Below are positions 61,265 to 64,000 of a stretch of DNA of 64,000 bases, in pieces. Below the pieces are notes generated by a model. That model ran no database searches and had not been told where the DNA came from. It saw only the letters and a list, made by a program, of their open reading frames with translations. The DNA lies in contig CAZUFW010000001.1 of assembly GCA_964619895.1 (NCBI GenBank), positions 965 to 64,964 of the forward strand, written 5' to 3'. The first letter of the stretch is position 1. The number at the start of each line of letters is the position of its first letter. Made by a program: the position numbers and the translations under genes. The stretch comes from an uncultured Clostridia bacterium. Its GTDB lineage: Bacteria; Bacillota; Clostridia; Tissierellales; Proteiniboraceae.

Positions 61265-62443
61265 TTATTTTTTCTGTGGATCTAGTTTCTTTAAGAAGGT
61301 TGGTTGTCCATCTTTCATCTCTATAATAGTTACTGATTTTACAGGGTTATGGCTTGCATCTATAGATATGTTTCCTGTGACACCAGTAAAATGTTCAGTT
61401 GAAGCAAGTGCTTCTTTTAACTTTTCAGAATTAACTTCTCCAGCTCTCTTTAAACCATCGGCTAAAAAGTAAGCTAAGTCATATCCTAGTGCATTAAATG
61501 CATCTGGAGCCTTGCCATATTTTTTATTAAAGCTTTCTTTGAATTTAACTACAAATTCTGAATCATCCAATGGAGAATAGTGACTTGAATAGTAGACATC
61601 ATTCAAAGCCTTGCTTCCTGCAATATCAGTAAGTTTTGGTGACTCATATCCGTCTCCGCCAAGTATAGGTACATTTAATCCTAATTCTCTTGCTTGTCTT
61701 ATAATAAGTCCTACTTCTTCATAGTATCCTGGAACAAATAAAACTTCTGGATTTTTACCTTTAATTCTAGTTAATACCCCTTTAAAGTCTGTATCCTTTG
61801 CTTGATATGCCTCCACAACTTGGACTTTTCCGCCTAATTTTGTAAAAGTTTCTTTAAAGTTCTTTGAAAGTCCTTGAGCATAATCACTAGTTGTATCTGC
61901 TAAAATTGCAGCATTTTTTAAGCCTAAATCCTTATAAGCAAATTCTGCCATCATAATTCCTTGGAAAGAATCGTTGAAGCAAGTCTTAAATACATATTCT
62001 TTTACTTTTCCATTACTGTCTACAGTTACATCGTCAGAAGTTGCAGAACCTGAGATCAAAGGGATTTTGTTTTGCATTGCTGCCGGAATTGCTGCTTTAG
62101 TACTTCCAGATGTATCTGATCCTAGTATAGCTACAACCTTTTCTCTAGTAGCTAATTTTGTAGCGGCATTGGCTGATTCAGTAGCATCTGACTTATTATC
62201 AATTTTAACAGGTACTAATTGCTTTCCAAGCACTCCACCATTTTGATTAATCTCTTCTATAGCTAATTCAATGCCTTCTGTAAGACCTTGACCATATGTT
62301 GCTGCTCCACCTGAAAATGCATAATTTAAACCTACCTTAATCTTGTCTGAATTATCTGCTTTGCTTACTGTTCCAGAAGAACATCCTGTAAAAAGACTTA
62401 ATGCAAGAACCGATGAAATCAATACTGATAATTTTTTATTCAT
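61265..62443 (-). CDS. Branched-chain amino acid ABC transporter substrate-binding lipoprotein (LivJ/LivK family)
   Basis: Lipobox FTGC, INQNGGVLGK, FKTCFNDSFQG, DTDFKGVLT, GGDGY. Confidence 0.92.
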   Translation of the reverse strand: MNKKLSVLISSVLALSLFTGCSSGTVSKADNSDKIKVGLNYAFSGGAATYGQGLTEGIELAIEEINQNGGVLGKQLVPVKIDNKSDATESANAATKLATREKVVAILGSDTSGSTKAAIPAAMQNKIPLISGSATSDDVTVDSNGKVKEYVFKTCFNDSFQGIMMAEFAYKDLGLKNAAILADTTSDYAQGLSKNFKETFTKLGGKVQVVEAYQAKDTDFKGVLTRIKGKNPEVLFVPGYYEEVGLIIRQARELGLNVPILGGDGYESPKLTDIAGSKALNDVYYSSHYSPLDDSEFVVKFKESFNKKYGKAPDAFNALGYDLAYFLADGLKRAGEVNSEKLKEALASTEHFTGVTGNISIDASHNPVKSVTIIEMKDGQPTFLKKLDPQKK

Positions 62444-62546
62444 AAGAACACCCCTATTGTTATATTTTTTTTAGTATAGTTTCCTTGATTATAATACCTT
62501 CCTCATCTTGGTTCATTAGATACTCCCCCTTTGTAAAAATGTGTAT

Positions 62547-62832
62547 AAAAAAACCTCTACACGTATTTATATACATGTAGAGGCATTTTGTGCGGTACCA
62601 CTCTACTTAATAATTATCTCATGATAATTAACTCAACAGGTTCTATAGATTTTAGCTATAAGCCTAGCTTATAATCTATCCTTAAACCTTAGCCTTCTAA
62701 CGGGGCTTACCGCTATGGTTTACTGGATTTCAACCATATCACTCCGAAGCGATAGTCTCTATCAAATCAATTCCGGTTCTCAGCTACCCCAGTTCTCTGT
62801 ACTTGATTTTTAGATAGTTTCCTCTTCATCAT
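62547..62832 (-). ncRNA. T-box riboswitch, probable Ile specifier
   Basis: Minus strand AGAGA and GCTGAGA stem-I motifs, GACT-ATC-G specifier (62751-62753, same register as the Tyr T-box), T-box AGAGTGGTACCGC, terminator CCTCTACA/TGTAGAGG-T run. Confidence 0.85.
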
Positions 62833-62891
62833 TGTTTTTACATATTATTTATCTTATGTTTTTTTAGTAGCTTTTGTTTTTATTATTGAAT

Positions 62892-62920
62892 AATATAACA
62901 CGATTAAAAAATGTTGTCAA
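62892..62920 (-). promoter_or_regulatory. Sigma-A promoter of the liv leader
   Basis: TTGACA-N17-TATATT with extended TG. Confidence 0.75.
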
Positions 62921-63308
62921 TATAATTTTTGCAATATTCTTAAATTAATATTTCAAATGACAAACTTTTTAAAAAACAAGTTCTTACTCTGATTTGTTAA
63001 CTGTAAATAAGAAATGGCACAAATATTGATTTTCAAAGCTATAGTTGTTGCATTGCAATAAGTAGGCAAACCTTTTCCTAATTTAATTTTGCAATAATTC
63101 CATTATAATATTGCAATTTTTGCATTATTTTCTGTAAAGACCTTTTTAAAATTTTACAGTAATTATCTTTTCATTTAATAGTTTTCTGTATATTGTTTTA
63201 ATAAATCACAACTTAAGACTCTTATTCAGGTAGCTAAGGTGAATATTTTATACTATTAAGGCAAAAAATAGATTTGCAAAAAATAATACCTATATATGGA
63301 GGAATATT

Positions 63309-64000
63309 ATGAATATAGATCAACAAAAAAATTTTAAAAACTTTCCTCAATCTTATTGGATAGCTTCCACAGGTAATACAAATTATCCTACTTTAAGCGA
63401 AGATATAAATGTAGATGTGGCCATAGTTGGTGGAGGCTTAGTGGGTATCTCATGTGCATATTTATTGAAGAAAGAAGGCTTGAAAGTAGCAGTCCTTGAA
63501 GCAGGACATATTGCCAAGGGTACTACAGGACATACGACTGCAAAAATTACATCACAGCATGAACTTATATACGGTAAAATCAAAAACCAAATGGGAGAAG
63601 AGTTAGCAAGACAATATGCTGATGCTAATGAAACTGCTATCTATGAAATAAAAAAGATAGCAGAGGAAAATAATATCCACTGCGATTATATTTCTCAATC
63701 TGCTTTTGTATATACACAACAAGATGAATATATACAAAAAATTAGTGATGAAGTAAAAGTGGCTTCAAGCCTAGGTATAAAAGCATCCTATGTTGAAGAA
63801 ATACCCTTCTCTATACCTATCAAGGCAGCAGCCCGTTTCGATAATCAAGCTCAATTTCATCCACTTAAATATCTGCTTGCCTTAGCAAAAACTATTCCCA
63901 ACAACGAATGTCATATATTCGAACAAAGCAGAGCGGTGGATATTGAAGAAGGTAACAATTATATAATTACAACTACTCAAGGGAAAAAAGTAAATGCTAA
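63309..64000 (+). CDS. FAD-dependent oxidoreductase, YhfW-like (partial, runs off the window)
   Basis: Not in ORF track. GGAGG RBS, MNIDQQ...SYWIAS...DVAIVGGGLVGISCAY...GTTGHTTAKITSQH...QAQFHPLKYL. Confidence 0.88.
   Translation, partial: MNIDQQKNFKNFPQSYWIASTGNTNYPTLSEDINVDVAIVGGGLVGISCAYLLKKEGLKVAVLEAGHIAKGTTGHTTAKITSQHELIYGKIKNQMGEELARQYADANETAIYEIKKIAEENNIHCDYISQSAFVYTQQDEYIQKISDEVKVASSLGIKASYVEEIPFSIPIKAAARFDNQAQFHPLKYLLALAKTIPNNECHIFEQSRAVDIEEGNNYIITTTQGKKVNA

Noticed and set aside
63016-63031. Sigma-54 promoter TGGCAC-N5-TTGAT
   Set aside because: The essential -12 GC is missing and it lies about 280 bp from the next start.
242-63583. The many 60-220 aa ORFs antisense to or overlapping recognised genes (e.g. 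15123-15791, 31650-32147, 53067-53561, 63383-63583)
   Set aside because: They are reverse-strand or frame shadows of well-supported genes, with Ser/Ile/Phe-rich composition and no motifs.

Overview
AT-rich chromosomal window from a spore-forming, anaerobic Firmicute (Clostridia/Tissierellia-like; inferred from spoVT, spoVG, T-boxes, crt-hbd and hcp). Bases 1-14.8k are the conserved yabN-yabM-spoVT-prsA-mfd-pth-prs-glmU-spoVG / murC block, apparently without purR. The rest mixes housekeeping genes (pgi, tyrS, rlmL-like, rluA-like, cvfB), signalling genes (three chemoreceptors, two c-di-GMP enzymes, a PAS-PP2C phosphatase) and many redox/oxygen/NO-defence genes (hcp, a 4Fe-4S protein, two superoxide reductases, peroxiredoxin, a ferritin-like protein, an AhpD/CMD protein with a lipoyl-LpdA fusion, OYE, nitroreductase). 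The ORF track misses or truncates two genes with an in-frame UGA at a redox motif, both probably selenoproteins: a 96-aa GSC-U protein (19442-19732) and peroxiredoxin PrxU (39579-40100). Several intergenic gaps hold small palindromic repeats whose mismatches resolve, on one strand only, into tandem G.A pairs and GNA triloops. The liv operon is under an Ile T-box and lacks livF, with a palindromic element where livF would be. No rRNA, tRNA, CRISPR array, transposase or phage gene was seen. All family assignments come from motif recognition by eye, not from database searches.
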